Assembly (NCBI RefSeq): GCF_001447785.1
Contig: NW_015177015.1
Coordinates: 396,165 to 460,164, forward strand
Reading direction: 5' to 3'
DNA length: 64,000 nt
DNA from: Gekko japonicus
Lineage: Eukaryota
Shown here: positions 13,741 through 27,365 of the stretch, piece by piece
Layout of the letters: every line of letters starts with the position of its first letter
Numbering within the stretch: position 1 is the stretch's first letter
Translations under genes and position numbers: made by a program
Notes under the pieces: model-generated
Databases searched by the model: none
What the model was told of the DNA's origin: nothing
Seen by the model: only the letters and a program-made list of their open reading frames with translations

Positions 13741-15665
13741 TATATGGATATTTGGGCCAGGACAGTCCACCAGTTGAATATAGTTTAGATCCATTGTCAT
13801 GGACCAGCAACATCAAACATCTGTCTAAAGGCTAAAGTGCCCCAATTGATATGTCAAACTTAAGGGCTGTCTAGTAAGTGAAACTGGGCATGCTAACTTC
13901 AGGAACTGCCATTAACTCCTTAGCAAAAATGGATTCACAGCTTTCTGACCAGCACCAACAAGAATGGTAAACATATTATTTTTGAACTTTGCTTTGCAAT
14001 TCTTGAGTGCTTTGACACTATTTAAAAGATAATTAATGAACACAATAAATATATAATTATTATGGAATTTAATAAAGCAGGTTAACTGATCATTAAGATT
14101 TAGAGAGAATTCTTGTGTTCATTACTTAAGGATACCACAGGGATCTGATGTTTACCACCCCTTTTTATGCTTTTGACCCTTTCCTTTGTTTTTCATGATA
14201 ATCTTGGGTTCCCAAACACTTAATTACAGGGGGAAAAGCTGCTTGAACTACAGATCATCTAAAAGGCATAGGTGCATATTTAGTACATAAAAATACCAGG
14301 TATAACTCTGTATTTGCAGGTTTTCTTTTCTGTGTATTCTAAAAATGACAGATATATACATTTGACTTACATATGGACCACATAAAATGAACTTCAGGTT
14401 TTTCTACACCAGTGCTCCTCAGAGCTCCCATGGCCACTGAGCCTTCAACTAACATAACCCTGTGTCAGTTTAATTGGTAAGGCACCCACTAATCATTCCT
14501 GGATTATTAAGTCTGCACCTCTAGTGCATGAGAACAGAAACAAACAAACAAAAACTGGGTGGGAAAATTATGTAGAAACGTCCTAATAAATCATGTTTTT
14601 GGTCACAGGATTTGATGTGTGTTATCCATCTGCAGAAAGGTTTGTCTGAACTATAAGACCAAAGATACAACTTCAGTGTAACTTTGCCCTGAATTCTGAT
14701 GCACAACTGTCTGTTCTTGCTGTCACTGGCACACTCCCCTATCTTTCCCACCTCCAAGAGTCTTTCTCCCTCTTCGCAACATCCTTGACATCTGTCTTCT
14801 CTCACTTGTCTTTCCCCTTCTGTGTTCTGGCGGCTGAACCAAAATGCAGAAGGCATAGCTGCATTGCCAACTTTGTTTCTGGTAGCAGGACTCTTGTGCC
14901 TTTAACAGCTAAACAGCAAATGCAACAGATGCAGCTTTCCTTCATCACTGACTATTGCATGTTCCCTTAAAGCACCTTCAGGGAAGAAGTTGACTATTCT
15001 AATAACTGTACAGATCAAACCTCACTCCCATATCACAAAGCAACTTTGGCTGACTTAAAACAAAATAAATCGTCCATGCCGTAAAGCATTTTTAGGGGTT
15101 TTAAAGATTTATTTATTTAGACATTTTACTACTGTCTTCCTTTCTCAGGGGCTAAGAGGGTGAAGACATGAATAATATTTTTAGAACAGTGAAGCCACTG
15201 TGAAAATACCATCATGGCATTCAATTCAAACATCCTTTTCTCTGTTGGGGAGAACTTTGACAAACAAACCTGTTCAGCAGCATTTCCTTGTGCTCCAGTT
15301 GTAATGCAGAAAAGCGGGCTATGAGTGCTGCTTGTGATATCACCACTTCATACAGACATAATCCCCAGATCAGTTTTGCAACTTAAAAAAATAAGCCAAC
15401 TTTTTTTAAAAGGCAGACATCTTGCCAAAATATGGAACGTGGAGAGAAAGAGGGCAAGACTGACACTGAACCAGCATTTCACTTGAAGGTCAGGCAAATT
15501 TGTCTAGCCTGGTTCACATTTGCTGCGAAGAACCCACTGTGAACACAGTTTAAATGTTATAGCTATCTTTAGCCAACATTAACAATCTGTATTTTTGAAT
15601 CCGGATTTTTTTGGGGGATAATTGGTATAAAGTTATTTTCTAACATTTAATAACAAAAACATTAC

Positions 15666-15859
15666 CTCCATCTGTAGAGCTTCAGCAAGTAGCTTCTGTG
15701 CACTCTTTCGAAGGCTCTCTGTTTTAGGACTGCTTCGCACTTCTATTGAGGGTCTGTTTGAGTGGTCTTTGATGAATGTTCGCCACTCTGTATACACGGC
15801 TTTTGCAAGAGTGGCCACATCCTGGTCTGAATGCTTGCGCATTTTGTTCACCGTATGAC
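15666..15859 (-). CDS. TCEANC2: TCEANC2 coding exon 3 (GHTVNKMRKHSDQDVATLAK...ALQME)
   Basis: AG/GT bounded, 194 nt, phase 1 to 0; ORF track 15633..15851 matches TCEANC2. Confidence 0.95.
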
Positions 15860-16684
15860 CTTGCAGAAAGTGAAAGAAACAACAACTGTTAGTATTTATC
15901 AGTACATAACAATGACAGGAGAGCTATGTGATTAAAGAAACAGCCTCTGCATAGCACACAACCAAGGATTTATCACATAGACTTTGATAAAGCTATAAGG
16001 TAAAAAGATACTAAGGACAACATTCAGACATATAATTACAGAAGACCGCCCACAGCTCTCACCGACTGCTTTATCTGTACACCTATGCTAATATTTAGTT
16101 GTCATTTAATACAGAGAATCCAGAGGACTGATGAGGTGAGCTCTGTGCGCTCAGCAATGCTTCCATGCCCTCTTGTTCTAAGCAGAGCCATCACTGCTAG
16201 TTCTTACGTGGTACAAAGATAAAGGCCTGGATCCATGGAGCATGACCTCCCCTCCTCCTGTTGCAAGACTGCACCTTAAAAAAAATGTTGGGATTTTTTT
16301 GTTGTTCAAATAAGCCTCTTGCTGCAGTCCAAAATGCAGGGGTGTTTTGGGCTACAGCCAAACAGAGGAGGCTAGAATGCTGTACCCCACAGGTAAAAAT
16401 CCTTCCATCCACTGAAACCCTCTGGTGGATCCAAGTGATTACTTGTCACAACAAAGCAGAAATGCAGGTCTAGCCATGCAACCTCCATTCTGAGAGGCAG
16501 TATATTTCTGATTCCAAGATGCTGAGGAAAAGCAACCAGGGAAGGCTCTGTCTTGCAATCGGCACCTATCTGCACCATCACCAAATGCCAACATATGCAT
16601 CTGAATGCTACACGTGCTCTGGCCTGTTAATTTTTTTCCTGGAAAGAGAGGTCCAGGTCAGAGTGTCAAGGCATCTTCAAGCTG

Positions 16685-16915
16685 AGAGCCAGTGTGGTGT
16701 AGTGGTTAGAATGTCAGACTAGGATCTGGTAGACCCAGTTTCAAATCCCCACTCTGGCATGGAAGCTTGGTGGGTACCCCTGGCCCAGTCACCCTTGCTC
16801 AGCCTAACCTACCTCACAGGGTTGTTGGGAGGATAAAATGAAGGAGAGGAGTGACGTAAACTGCTTGGGTCCCCACTGGGGAGAAAGATGCAGTATAAAT
16901 GAAGTAAATAAATAA
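16685..16915 (+). mobile_element. tRNA-derived SINE (Squam3-like), near full length
   Basis: A box TGGTGTAGTGG, B-box-like GTTTCAAATCC, L2-type tail ending in (TAAA)n. Confidence 0.85.
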
Positions 16916-16984
16916 ATCTGTTTAAATGCTGCAGTGTGATGCAAGCCTTGCAGCCATTGGAGTTTCTGTGTCTCCAAAACTGAC

Positions 16985-17565
16985 ATTTATTTATTTATAT
17001 TTATATTTATTTATTTATCTTTAGATTTGTATCCCGCCCTACCCCGAAGGCTCAGGGCGGCTAACAAGGGCACAAAGTGCCAAGATTAAAACAATAAAAG
17101 CACATGATATAAAACAGTAAAATACAGTAACAAAATCACAGTGCTCCATTTGTCACAAGATGGGGTAGATCTTAAACCCAACGGTAACTTTCCCGAAATC
17201 TATCATCCTTTTGCTGCCAGGGGCACCTCGCACCCCCAAAGGGGCCAGATAGTCGTGATGATGGTGCGACGGTGCATAGATGGCAATGATGGAGTAATAG
17301 TGGCGGTGGCTCCTACTCGAAAGCCTGGTGGAAGAGCTCTGTCTTGCAGGTCCTGCGCAACTGAGAAAGATCCCGCAGGGCCCGGATCTCCTCCGGGAGC
17401 TCCTTCCACCAGGTAGGAGCTGCCACCGAAAATGCCCTGGCTCTGGTCACCACAAATTTAATATCCTTGGGGCCTGGAATTTCCAGGAGATGACGACCCC
17501 CCGACCGTAGTGCCCTTGGGGGAACATATGGAGGTAGGCTGGACCCTGACCATAACCCTGGACAT
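16985..17565 (-). mobile_element. L2 3' fragment
   Basis: RAFSVAAPTWWKELP...CKTELFHQAF ORF end plus (TAAA)n tail. Confidence 0.88.
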
Positions 17566-17569
17566 AACA

Positions 17570-17696
17570 TTTGTTCTAGAGGGTCGCCATGTTGGTCTGC
17601 AACAGAACAGCTAGACTCAAGCCCAGTAGCACCTTAGAGACCAACAAGATTTTCGGGGTATAAGCTTTCGAGAGTTAAAGTTCCCTTCATCAGATA
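17570..17696 (-). mobile_element. Penelope-like element terminal-repeat fragment with hammerhead core
   Basis: Minus strand reads CTGATGA-AGGGA..TCTC-GAAAGCTTA...TTGGTCTCTAAGGTGCTACTGG, the reptile Penelope terminal motif; related copy at 52485-52575. Confidence 0.7.
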
Positions 17697-18674
17697 ACTT
17701 TAGTTGTCATCCTGGGAAATCAGACTGAGGAAGCGCCAATGCAAATGCTTTCAAAAAGTGCTTTCAAAATATTAACAGCACAAATAACACTTTCCAAGGC
17801 CCTGCTGCTACAAACTGGCAAAATACTACACTAATCAGGAGCGGGAGTAGAACAGCTCATTCCTCCTCTGAGAGCACCTCTATACTCACTTAATATGAAA
17901 GGAATAAGCTACAGTACCTTTATCTTTGATCTCATTGGATAGCTCTTTGCTGGGTAAGGATCAATGCACAGAAAGCACATGCAAATACAATGATTCATGA
18001 TCAATGATACCACTGCAAATTTTGCCATCCTAGATTGGAGGAACAAGGCTTCTGTGCTGTGCTCTGGACTTCGGTACCCAAATAATTCTTGGAATCTGCA
18101 TCACATTTTGCTGTACCTCCCATGGGGAAAAACAATTACTGAATCCTGGAGGATTTGCCCAACTCAGGATTAAGCTTGTGCAGCATATTCACAGCATATT
18201 CAAGCAAGATGCTTATCACAGGGTAACTGGCTTTTACCTACAATACTTGTTATTATTTAGGACACTTGATGGGTTAGGATGGTTAGAGGTGCTTTATCTG
18301 TTATCTTCAATACAGCAGTTGCTGTTACAGAATAACTCTTAGATTTTTCAAAAAAAGTTACTGATCTTCATTAGGCACTTTTTAAAAACACAACAATTTA
18401 AATTGGCCAGCACAGGGAAAATTTCCTTTCCGCCCTCTAATCTATTTTTCTCTAATCTAACTAATAAGGGCAGTGAGTGGAAAAGGTACAGAATGCTTTT
18501 AATAGTTAGATAGAAAAGGTCTTTCCCTGTGCCTATCAGGTTAAAAGCCACAATATTAAAAAAAACCAACTTTGGTTAAACGGTGTTTCTAAGGGAATGC
18601 ATCTGATGCATGTAAGTAATTCCTACCAATAGCCACATATGCAGCCAACAAAATCTTTTTAAAAAATGATTTAC

Positions 18675-18816
18675 CTATTTTTGTGGAACGGAGAATTTCT
18701 TTGGAGGGAATTTTTTTCCTTAGTTCTTCTAAGGCCACAATTAGATTCTCTTTAGTTTGAACTGAAAGCTCTAGCATAGATTTCCATCTGTTTATATCTT
18801 CTACAACCACAACTCT
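18675..18816 (-). CDS. TCEANC2: TCEANC2 coding exon 2 ([17 protein letters not shown]...STKI)
   Basis: AG/GT bounded, 142 nt, phase 0 to 1; TFIIS N-terminal-like domain sequence. Confidence 0.95.
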
Positions 18817-19679
18817 CTAGAAAGGAAAATTATCATTAGGAGACAGAGACATGCATGCTTATTGCAAATAAAGGTATTCTGCTTTGCGCCAGCTAATACA
18901 GCAGTTATTGACCCATGAATTATTGATGATGAGAGTCAGTCAAGAACAGAATCCCTGATCAGCCAAACAGAGGAATACTCACTTCACAGCAAGTCCCTCA
19001 TGTTAAAACAAGGCACAGAAATCCAGAGAGCAAAATAAGCTCATTAGGCTGCCACTTTCAATCCACTTATTATTCTGAAGTAAGTACTTGAGCAGATATT
19101 TTTTGAAAAAGCATGAGAACACCTCATACACTTGTCAACCCTTCCTCCCAAATTTAGCTCTTGTTCTTCAGTACCTCACTATCCAAGATCCTTGCTATGC
19201 AATGTATCCCAGTCCATCAGCAGTTATCCACCCCAGCCCAGAATGCCCTCAAGAACACTTAGCATGTGTCGACTTCGTTTTCAAACCACAACCATTACTG
19301 ATTCTCATCATCTGCACTCTGTTTCAGTGTCCAATTTGCTCATAACCCTGTGCATTACAAGCTCCATCTTTTATTTACTGCTCTCTTCATTACCAAGCTA
19401 CACTAACAGGCCGGCTCCACGTTTTTGTGGACTGTGGGCAATAACCAAGCCCCCCTTGACCCTTGGTACCAATGCTTCCTCTCCAGCCACTCCTCTTTCC
19501 CACATCGGCCTCTCCCCTTTGGCCAAGGAGGACAGAGCTAGCTTCCCTGCACCAGTGGCCAGTGTTGGAAGTTGCCTTAGGCCCTGGCAACTGCACCACC
19601 TTGCTGACTATTGACACTAGCCATATACATTGTTGTCCAGTCACGTAACTTCCTGCCCTCCCTCTCAAGATCTGCCTAA

Positions 19680-20320
19680 GTTCACAGAATCAGCATTGCT
19701 GTCAGATGGCCATCTAGCCTCTGTTTAAAAACCTTCAAAGAAGGAGAGCTCACCGCCTCCTGAGGAAGCCTGTTCCACTGAGGAACTGCTCTAACTGTCA
19801 AGACGTTCTTCCTAATGTTTAGCTGAAAACTCCTTTGATTTAATTTCAACCTGTTGGTTCTGGTCCGACCTTCTGGGACAACAGAAAACAACTCCACACC
19901 ATCCTCTATATGACAGTCCTTCAAGTACTTGAAGATGGTTATCATATCACCTCTCAGTCATCTCCTCTCCAGGCTAAACATACCCAGCTCCTTCAACCTT
20001 TCCTCATAGGACTTGGTCTCCAGACCCCTCACCATCTTTGTTGCCCTCCTCTGGACACATTCCACTTGTCAAATCCTTCTTAAATTGGGGTGCCCAAAAA
20101 TGAACACAATACTCTAGGTGAGGTCTAACCAGAGCAGAGCAGAGGTCTAACCATCACTTCAAGTGATCTGGACACTATATTTCTGTTGATACAGCCCAAA
20201 ATGGTATTTGCCTTTTTAGCTACCGCATCACACTGCTGACTCATGTTCACTGTATGGTCTACTAAGACCCCTAGATCTTTTTCACACATACTACCGCCAA
20301 GGCAAGTCTCCTTCATCCTA
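19680..20320 (-). mobile_element. CR1 LINE 3' fragment
   Basis: EKDLGVLVDH..MSQQCDAVAKKANTILGCI and FKYLK...WNRLP...FKQRLD ORF2 motifs; ATTCTGTG tail. Confidence 0.92.
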
Positions 20321-21383
20321 TAATTATAATTATTCCCACCAAATTTATACTGATGGCTTCCAAATCTACTTTTGTCATCTCTGCTTTTTTAAAAACTTCT
20401 TGCATGATGTCTCATTTTCCAGCTGCAGTGTATATGCTTCATAGAACTTGGGTTGCAAAAGCTGTTTATAAAGTAGACCGTATCGCAGCATTTCCTTGTG
20501 GAAGCCCTGGTGTTGCTGCAGCTGCCAATGCAGCATAGAGGCAACAGGGCTTCCAGATTGCAGCTTTTCCTGCATTTTTCCTACCTCAGTCCCCATGGCA
20601 CCCTCCCCCATCCACACTATGGGGAAGAAATGTTTCAAAGTTTTTAATAAAAAACAGCCAATAAACATACCAATATACTATTATATTGATTTGCCAATTC
20701 TCAATTATTCCTAAAAAATGCAAAAAAAAATTATTGATGGCAGTGGGGCGGCTGCTGTGGGGACATCAAAGCAAGTTTGGAAAGGACTGCAGAAACACTG
20801 AGGAAACCCAGATGGTACACAGAAGCACCACAATCCTATGGGGAAGCAAGAAAAATATCCAGTTCCCAATTGCATCAAATTTGTGGCAAATCCCCAATGT
20901 GGAAACAGCCAGTAGTCTTGTCTTCCCAAAGATTGCTTAGTGTTTTGCTGTCAATGAAACACCGTACTCTGAAAAATTAAGATGTTGGGCTCTCTTTTGA
21001 TATGCTTAACATTCCAAATTGCACACAGAGAGCAATCTTGCTGAAGTCCTATTGGTAGCTTTACAAGCATTGCAGGGCCTCTCTGGCATATGTGCCTTGT
21101 AAATGGTACTTACAATGTATGAGATACAGTTCCCACTGCCCTAGAAAAACATAATCATATACTCTGTGCCATTTTTAATGAAAGATTTTGTCCTTATCAT
21201 TTTGAAAGGAATGTCCTTTGTGATTTCCCCCCCTCTTCTGAGTATTGATTGCCCTACTGGATTCTGCCTAAACACCTCTGAAAATAGTTCCTGCATTGCG
21301 ATGCATAGCTCCAAAATTGCTGACAGATTACCTGAAATGAAAGGATAACCTTGCTGTCAGTGGTAGGATATCCAGTTCCCTAC

Positions 21384-21485
21384 CTTCAGAGACTCTAAAG
21401 TGGCTTGCTTGTAAATCTTTTCTCCGGGATCTTTCTTCTTAGGACATTCTTGAGTTCTGGGTTTCCGTACGACAAACTTATCCAT
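21384..21485 (-). CDS. TCEANC2: TCEANC2 coding exon 1 (MDKFVVRKPRTQECPKKKDPGEKIYKQATLESLK)
   Basis: ATG at 21485, GT donor at 21383, AG acceptor at 21496-21495 upstream; matches recalled N-terminus of human TCEANC2 (MDKFVIR...YKQATIESLK); 102 nt, phase 0. Confidence 0.95.
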
Positions 21486-22039
21486 GATGCAAGCCTTAAA
21501 CAGGAAGAAGCCATTGATTATAATTAAAAAATCAGTGTGAAAGAAGAGATGCTTTGCTATACTGTTCTTCAGAAAAACATAAGGGGTTGATCTTGATTCT
21601 GGTATTACATCTAATAAAGTAACTTGAGGACTGACAGAAGAAAGGAATGGTGATTGGAGATGGCTTTAGTGCCCTATGTCTGTGCAAGCTACCATTCAGT
21701 GGTAAGCAGTTGCTTCTTTACTGCTACATAATATGTTTAATAATATTCAGTAGCAATATTTAATATTGCTGAGCCCTGGTATTTAAAACAGGCTTGACGT
21801 GTCACCAAAAAAACAAAACTTTGTTTCAGAGGAAAGGAAGCATGTCCATTATATAGGTGCATTGCTTCCAGGTAGTCTTACACCCGAGGCCCTGACAGGG
21901 ATGTCTCAAGAATTAAAGAACAGGCGGGGGGGGGGGGGGGGACGGAGGCTGTTGCCTGAAATGGATGGACAGAGGATACCTTCTTACTCCGAATGGGGCA
22001 GGGAAGGACTAATTTAGCAGGCACATTAAGGTTAGAGCA

Positions 22040-22275
22040 CCCTTACCTCGAAAAGCGTATCGTCTTTCCACATTCATTTCCGCGACTGCATCGCCCTTCG
22101 GCGAAAAAAACTACATTTCCCGTCAGGTCTCGCGGCGTACAACGGCCCGAACTCTCGTGATACATCTGTAGCCTCCTGCCAGGGGTCCCGGAAACAGGAA
22201 GTGGGGAAAAAAAGGAACACAACAACAAACGACTGTGTACGCGTCTAGTTGGATTGACAACAAGATGGCGGTGAC
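22040..22275. promoter_or_regulatory. TCEANC2/TMEM59 bidirectional CpG-rich promoter, including the probable TCEANC2 non-coding first exon (donor GTAAGG at 22046)
   Basis: Local CpG enrichment; ZNF143/SBS-type ACTACATTTCCC at 22110-22121; ETS-type CCGGAAAC/CAGGAAGTG at ~22188-22203; YY1-type CAAGATGGCGG over the TMEM59 ATG. Confidence 0.8.
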
Positions 22276-22459
22276 GCGGCGGGGCCGTTTGGGGCTAAGC
22301 TCTTTTTTCCTTTTGCTCTCCTTTGGTTGCGAGGGCGCTTGGGCTGCTGACGAGCCTGTTCCTGCCTCGCTTTCCGAGGGTTTTGAGCCGGCGCTGGGAA
22401 GTACTGCTCCGTGCCAGCGGACCTGCCAGAGTACCTACCCGCTGCATACTTACCCCAAG
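22265..22459 (+). CDS. TMEM59: TMEM59 exon 1 (signal peptide ... CQRTCQSTYPLHTYPK)
   Basis: ATG in AAGATGG context, hydrophobic signal peptide, conserved YPLHTYPK, GT donor; 195 nt. Confidence 0.95.
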
Positions 22460-24475
22460 GTAATGGGGAAAGACCCTGAGGTTGCCCCCGTTGCAATAAG
22501 CTGTGCCCTTCAGCCCCCTATTTTTACACCTTCACAAGGGGATCTCTTAGCACACTCACTCCAGAGGGATGTCACTCGACCCCACCTGCCAGTAAATGCA
22601 GTTACCAGCAACTGGCTTCAAAGATCCTGGGTGGCGCATAGACAGCATTGTTTGTTGACTGTGGTATGGGGAGCGATATGACACAAAGAAGTGCACAGAA
22701 AAATTAGAATTAATGCTTATGGCTGTTGTCTCTTACACGTCCTGCAGCACATGTCCTCCAGCATATGACATAGTATGTTGTGGCAGAACTCAGCAATCCG
22801 GCAGTTTAGTGTCTGTTTGCTGCAGAGTAGGGGCATACCCAATGAAGGGAAACCCTTATCTTCTAACTACTCCTATCCCGTTACTGGGAGCTAGAGAACT
22901 TGCACCCCTAAATCCATCACCCCTTATGGTATTTGTATAGTTTGTGTTACCTAGCAAAATGCCGACTGCTTCCTTAGTAGTTGCATTCTCAAGTAAGTTC
23001 TGCTGGTTGCACCAAGGTCTTTCCACAGTGATGCACCAGTCCAGGAACTTCTCTCAAAACACTGTAAAGGTCTGTTTCAGAATTCCTCCCTTCATATTGT
23101 GTTATAGTTAACTTTGTGTATCTCTATCCTTAGACACTGGTTATTTCTTTGCTGTTCCACCACTTAATGTAAGGTGATAACTGGAATTATTTCCCTGTGT
23201 TATATGGAGCCTTCATTGTTGTTAGAGAAAGAAATATTTTGGGAAGTATGATTAGCAGTCAGTGGTGAAAAGATAATTGTTGTTTAAGGATGATTTTGTG
23301 TGCACTAGAATGGCTGAAGACATATTTACATGGCAGTTATGTAACTTGGTAAGTATAACAGGAGTGAGAAGCTTTAAGAGAGGTTTATCTCTTGATAAGC
23401 CTATCGTTCGTATGTCACTTGTCCAGTGGGTATTATAGGAAGGAAGATCAGTGACTGCATGCATATATGGGATTGCCCTGATTCTTAGAACCAAAGAACA
23501 CAACTTTTGCATTTTGAATTGATTTGTGATTCAGTATATGCAAAAAGTGTAATGGATACAGAAACATATTATGAAGTGGAAAGACATTTTAAAAATTAGA
23601 ACATAGTGCACACTGCTGATGAAGCAGAATGTTTGAGAGCAGTATTTTAAATGAAGTTATATTTATTTCCTAACTCAGAATTTTTCTTCCTCTACAGCTG
23701 GGGTTTCAGTGTTCTAGAACACTGCTCTTTATGCATCATCTCTTATGCAGAAGTTCTTGTTACCGTTGCACTGTCTTTATTTGACCATTTCTCCTATGGC
23801 TGCTTCTAATGAGCTGATCTGTTAAGCTAACCAACAGATGTCAAACAAATACATATCAGCTAAACAGACCTAGATTTGTCAGATCTTGTCTGGACTGTCC
23901 ATTTTTATATACCCTATCCAGTACAAGGAAACTATGGGTTTTCCCCCCTTGCTGATTAGATCTTTTACACCCACAACATTTGTACCAAAGTCAGTACAAA
24001 ATATTTTCTACTGTAATTGTTTGTTTCCAGACTTTTTTCAAATGTTTTATGTTATGTTGGCTTTACATCCAATTTGTATTTTACTGCAATGAAGCCATAC
24101 AGACTCAAGATCTATCCCTACTTTGCCCTTCCCACAGCAGCCCTTTTGACCCTTGAAAAAGCTGTGCTTGGATTAGGAGACTCACATGGAAAACAGCAAT
24201 ATGGAGCAGTGTGCGCGCATAGTGAGAACACTTTGGTGAGGTCTTTGCTCTTGCATCAGCAGAAGACTGGTAGAATCGAACCTGATAAACTGTTAGTGGT
24301 CTTCTCTGTTACAAACCTGACTCAGTCTCCTGGTTCTTGTTAAAGAAGCATAATTTGATAAAATGACAAGTACAGTACACTTTGTGTGCTTCTGTGGTAC
24401 ATTGATGTAAGAAATTTTTGAAAATTTTGGGATTATGAAAAGAGTGAGTTTGACTTATTGGTATTTAATTACTAG

Positions 24476-24581
24476 GAAGAAGAGCTTTATGCATGTCAGC
24501 GAGGCTGCAGACTTTTCTCCATTTGCCAGTTTGTAGATGATGGTGTTGATTTGAATCAGACCAAACTGGAGTGTGATTCTG
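24476..24581 (+). CDS. TMEM59: TMEM59 exon 2 (EEELYACQRGCRLFSICQFVDDGVDLNQTKLECDS)
   Basis: TAG/GTAAG bounded, 106 nt, highly conserved TMEM59 sequence. Confidence 0.96.
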
Positions 24582-27270
24582 GTAAGACATTCAGCATCTT
24601 TTTTTGAGAATATTTAGAAGTAGATATAAATTTGACCAAAGATGCAGTCACAGCTTTATGGTTAATGGTTGGGCAGCACAACGCAGCAAATGGTTCGTCT
24701 AAAGGAGTAGGAACAGATTTATTCTAACTTTTTCAAAAAGTTAGTCTCTGAAGGCCCAACATATTTCCGGCCACAAATGTTCCTTTATCAAGGGATTCTG
24801 TGGTTAATGGATAAATTACATTTAAAATAGCATATTCTAATACAGGTAGAATAACATGTATTTGACTTGTTAAAATTAAAATAATAAAATTGTCTACAAG
24901 GATAAGTAACATTTCCTCCCATCAGAAAAGATCTTGATACCGTAAGTGTATTTTAAATGGTAGCTTTTTCATTAGAGAAGTTTCTAGAAATATAATTGCC
25001 CAACAGAAATCAGATATAAGATCTATATATTAATTGTAGCTTAAAATGCATTAATATGTTTTTATTATCTGTTTTCGCAATAGTACAATGCTAAATACTA
25101 TTCTACTTTGCCCCCAAAGATATATTGTAAGGCAAACATAACTAGGAAGTTGTCAGTCACAAAGCCATTTTCTTTTCTGTTTGTCGGGACAAGACCGTTT
25201 TTATGCCATGTTGGAGATGTTTGCATTTGTCATGAAGGTAGTGCTGTGTACAAGCAGAACTGGGCACGAAATATAAAGTTTCTGAGTAAGTTTTATAAGA
25301 TCTGACCAATCCAAACTGTTTCTCATACAGTGTGCATTTGTGCGATTTTCTGAAGTGCTAATAGTGCATCATTTGTGAGAAGTTTGGGAGAAGGACGTTT
25401 CGGAGAAACAGCAGAAAAGTCACAGAAATCTTGGGTTGTGCACAAAAGCACTACAATGCTGTGAAGAACTAGGGGGGAAAACCCACTTCCCAACCCTATC
25501 CAAAATTACCTGTGTGGAAATGGCCCGGTTGAGGGGAGAAGGGGGAAAAGGAGACATATTTTTCTCAACTGTGTAAAAGGCAACAATTCACTGGGCACTT
25601 AAATTATGGGCTGGTAAAAGGGGATTCTAATGGTTAAATAGGTCATAGCTTGTGGATAACAAGTAGTGGCTTGTTAATGCTACATAGAACTGAGTTAAAG
25701 GAGTTTGAAATTCAGGACTATACTGTAGAAAATAAATATATCTTGCCAAACTGCTTGCCATAAAAGGATGCTTCTGTTCTGTTCTCTCTTACTGGTATCT
25801 TAAGCCTGAAGTCAGTTGTATATAAAATTACTTTTGTGTCCTATGGTAGCTGTATAGTGATGTAATCTAATGTGGATATCCATTAAGTACATTGTAACTG
25901 CTAAGATTTGCTGGTGTAGGTGCATTTTATGAGCATGCCCTCTAATTGCCAGAAATCTGAATGGAATTCTGATGATAAAATAGGTCAGAGTTTGTGTCTA
26001 GCAGTAGCAGTCCTTACTCACAGAATAAATTTCTGGAATGGAGGAAGACTGATGAGTTGGCGCTTAAGGAGTGGCAACTTCTGTTCTGTGGCATTCTGGC
26101 TTCATTTTTGTAGTGAGGCAACGAACTGCTTTCCTCTAGTAATATAACCAGCACTTTCCATGAGACTGCTAGTGTTTGACTTGGTGACACTTTCTGCTAG
26201 TTTAAGGCGGGTGGGGGTGGGGGAGGCCATCTACCTGCTCAATGTTAGAGATGTAAAATTTCCAGAAATTATGAAGCCAAGATTGGGGAGTGGGGAGGAC
26301 AGGTATTCTGAGAAAAATTGAAATGCATACAATACTTTTTATAAATACTAAACATATTTTGCTGCTTTCATATAAATTTAACAGGTAAAATTAAGTAAAA
26401 TTTTAGAATTTAAAGTATAAATGCCTTAGTTTTCTACAAACAGAATTGCAAATGTACTCAGTACTTGAGAGACAGCTGAAAACTGCTGCATCCAAAGTGG
26501 TGAGCATATGTTTCTTATTTTTTGCAATGAGAGATATGAAGAAATAAACGCTGAAACCAAAGAACATTTTCAGCAAGGAGTTTTTTAGTGTTCCCCAATA
26601 TTTCCTAATTTTCTCATTGAAAAAAATGAGGGTCGGAATTCTCTGGATTTTTCAGCTATACATCTTGAGTGAGTTACATTACACTCATTTCAAAAGGAGG
26701 GGGGGAAATCATTGGATTTTTTTCCGTCGTCCTCAAAACTTTCCAATTTTTTGTATTGATTTTTTTTAAAGTCCTAATGGGAAGGGCACACACTTTTTAA
26801 ATGAATTTTCCCCCTTGTTTTTTCCAGGTGTTCACATACGTTTCTGCAAGATTTTCTTTGTCTTCTGGCATTTTTTCTTTTTCTTTATGATAGTATTCTT
26901 TGGCTTAAAATTTTGAAACTGCCAAAATATGCAGTATCCTAAGAGTAATACCAAAACTGAAACTGGTATGTGTAGTCCAAGGTCCTATAAAAAGTGAAGC
27001 AGAAAGCATTTTGTCCAACACATCCTGTTTCTTTTTGCGAGTTCTCTTCTTGCATCATTCTTGAATTCTGAAATATAACTCTCCCTTTGGTTTTGGCACA
27101 GCTGCCTCACCTCTGACACATTCCTTTGGGGGGATGAGTATCAGGAAGTAGGATCCAGCAGCAACAGCAGCAGCACAGAATGGCATGTTAGTTTAACATC
27201 CAAGCGTGCTTCAGTTTATGACCTGGAAGGTGTGACCTTTAGTACTGAGAGTATGCATCTTCATTTGCAG

Positions 27271-27365
27271 CATGTACTGAAGCATATTCTCAGTCTGATG
27301 AACAATATGCTTGCCGTCTGGGATGTCAGAATCAGTTGCCATATGCTGAACTGAGACAAGAGCAA
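27271..27365 (+). CDS. TMEM59: TMEM59 exon 3 (ACTEAYSQSDEQYACRLGCQNQLPYAELRQEQ)
   Basis: CAG/GTGAGT bounded, 95 nt. Confidence 0.96.

Noticed and set aside
16685-16760. tRNA gene
   Set aside because: A and B boxes are present but the sequence continues into a SINE body and tail, with no convincing cloverleaf.
19132-19614. 160-aa ORF and overlapping ORFs in a TCEANC2 intron
   Set aside because: Non-ATG start, no recognisable domain and no splice support.
26246-26668. Old hAT-like element with TAGAGATGTA ends
   Set aside because: The right TIR is too degenerate and no TSD is visible.
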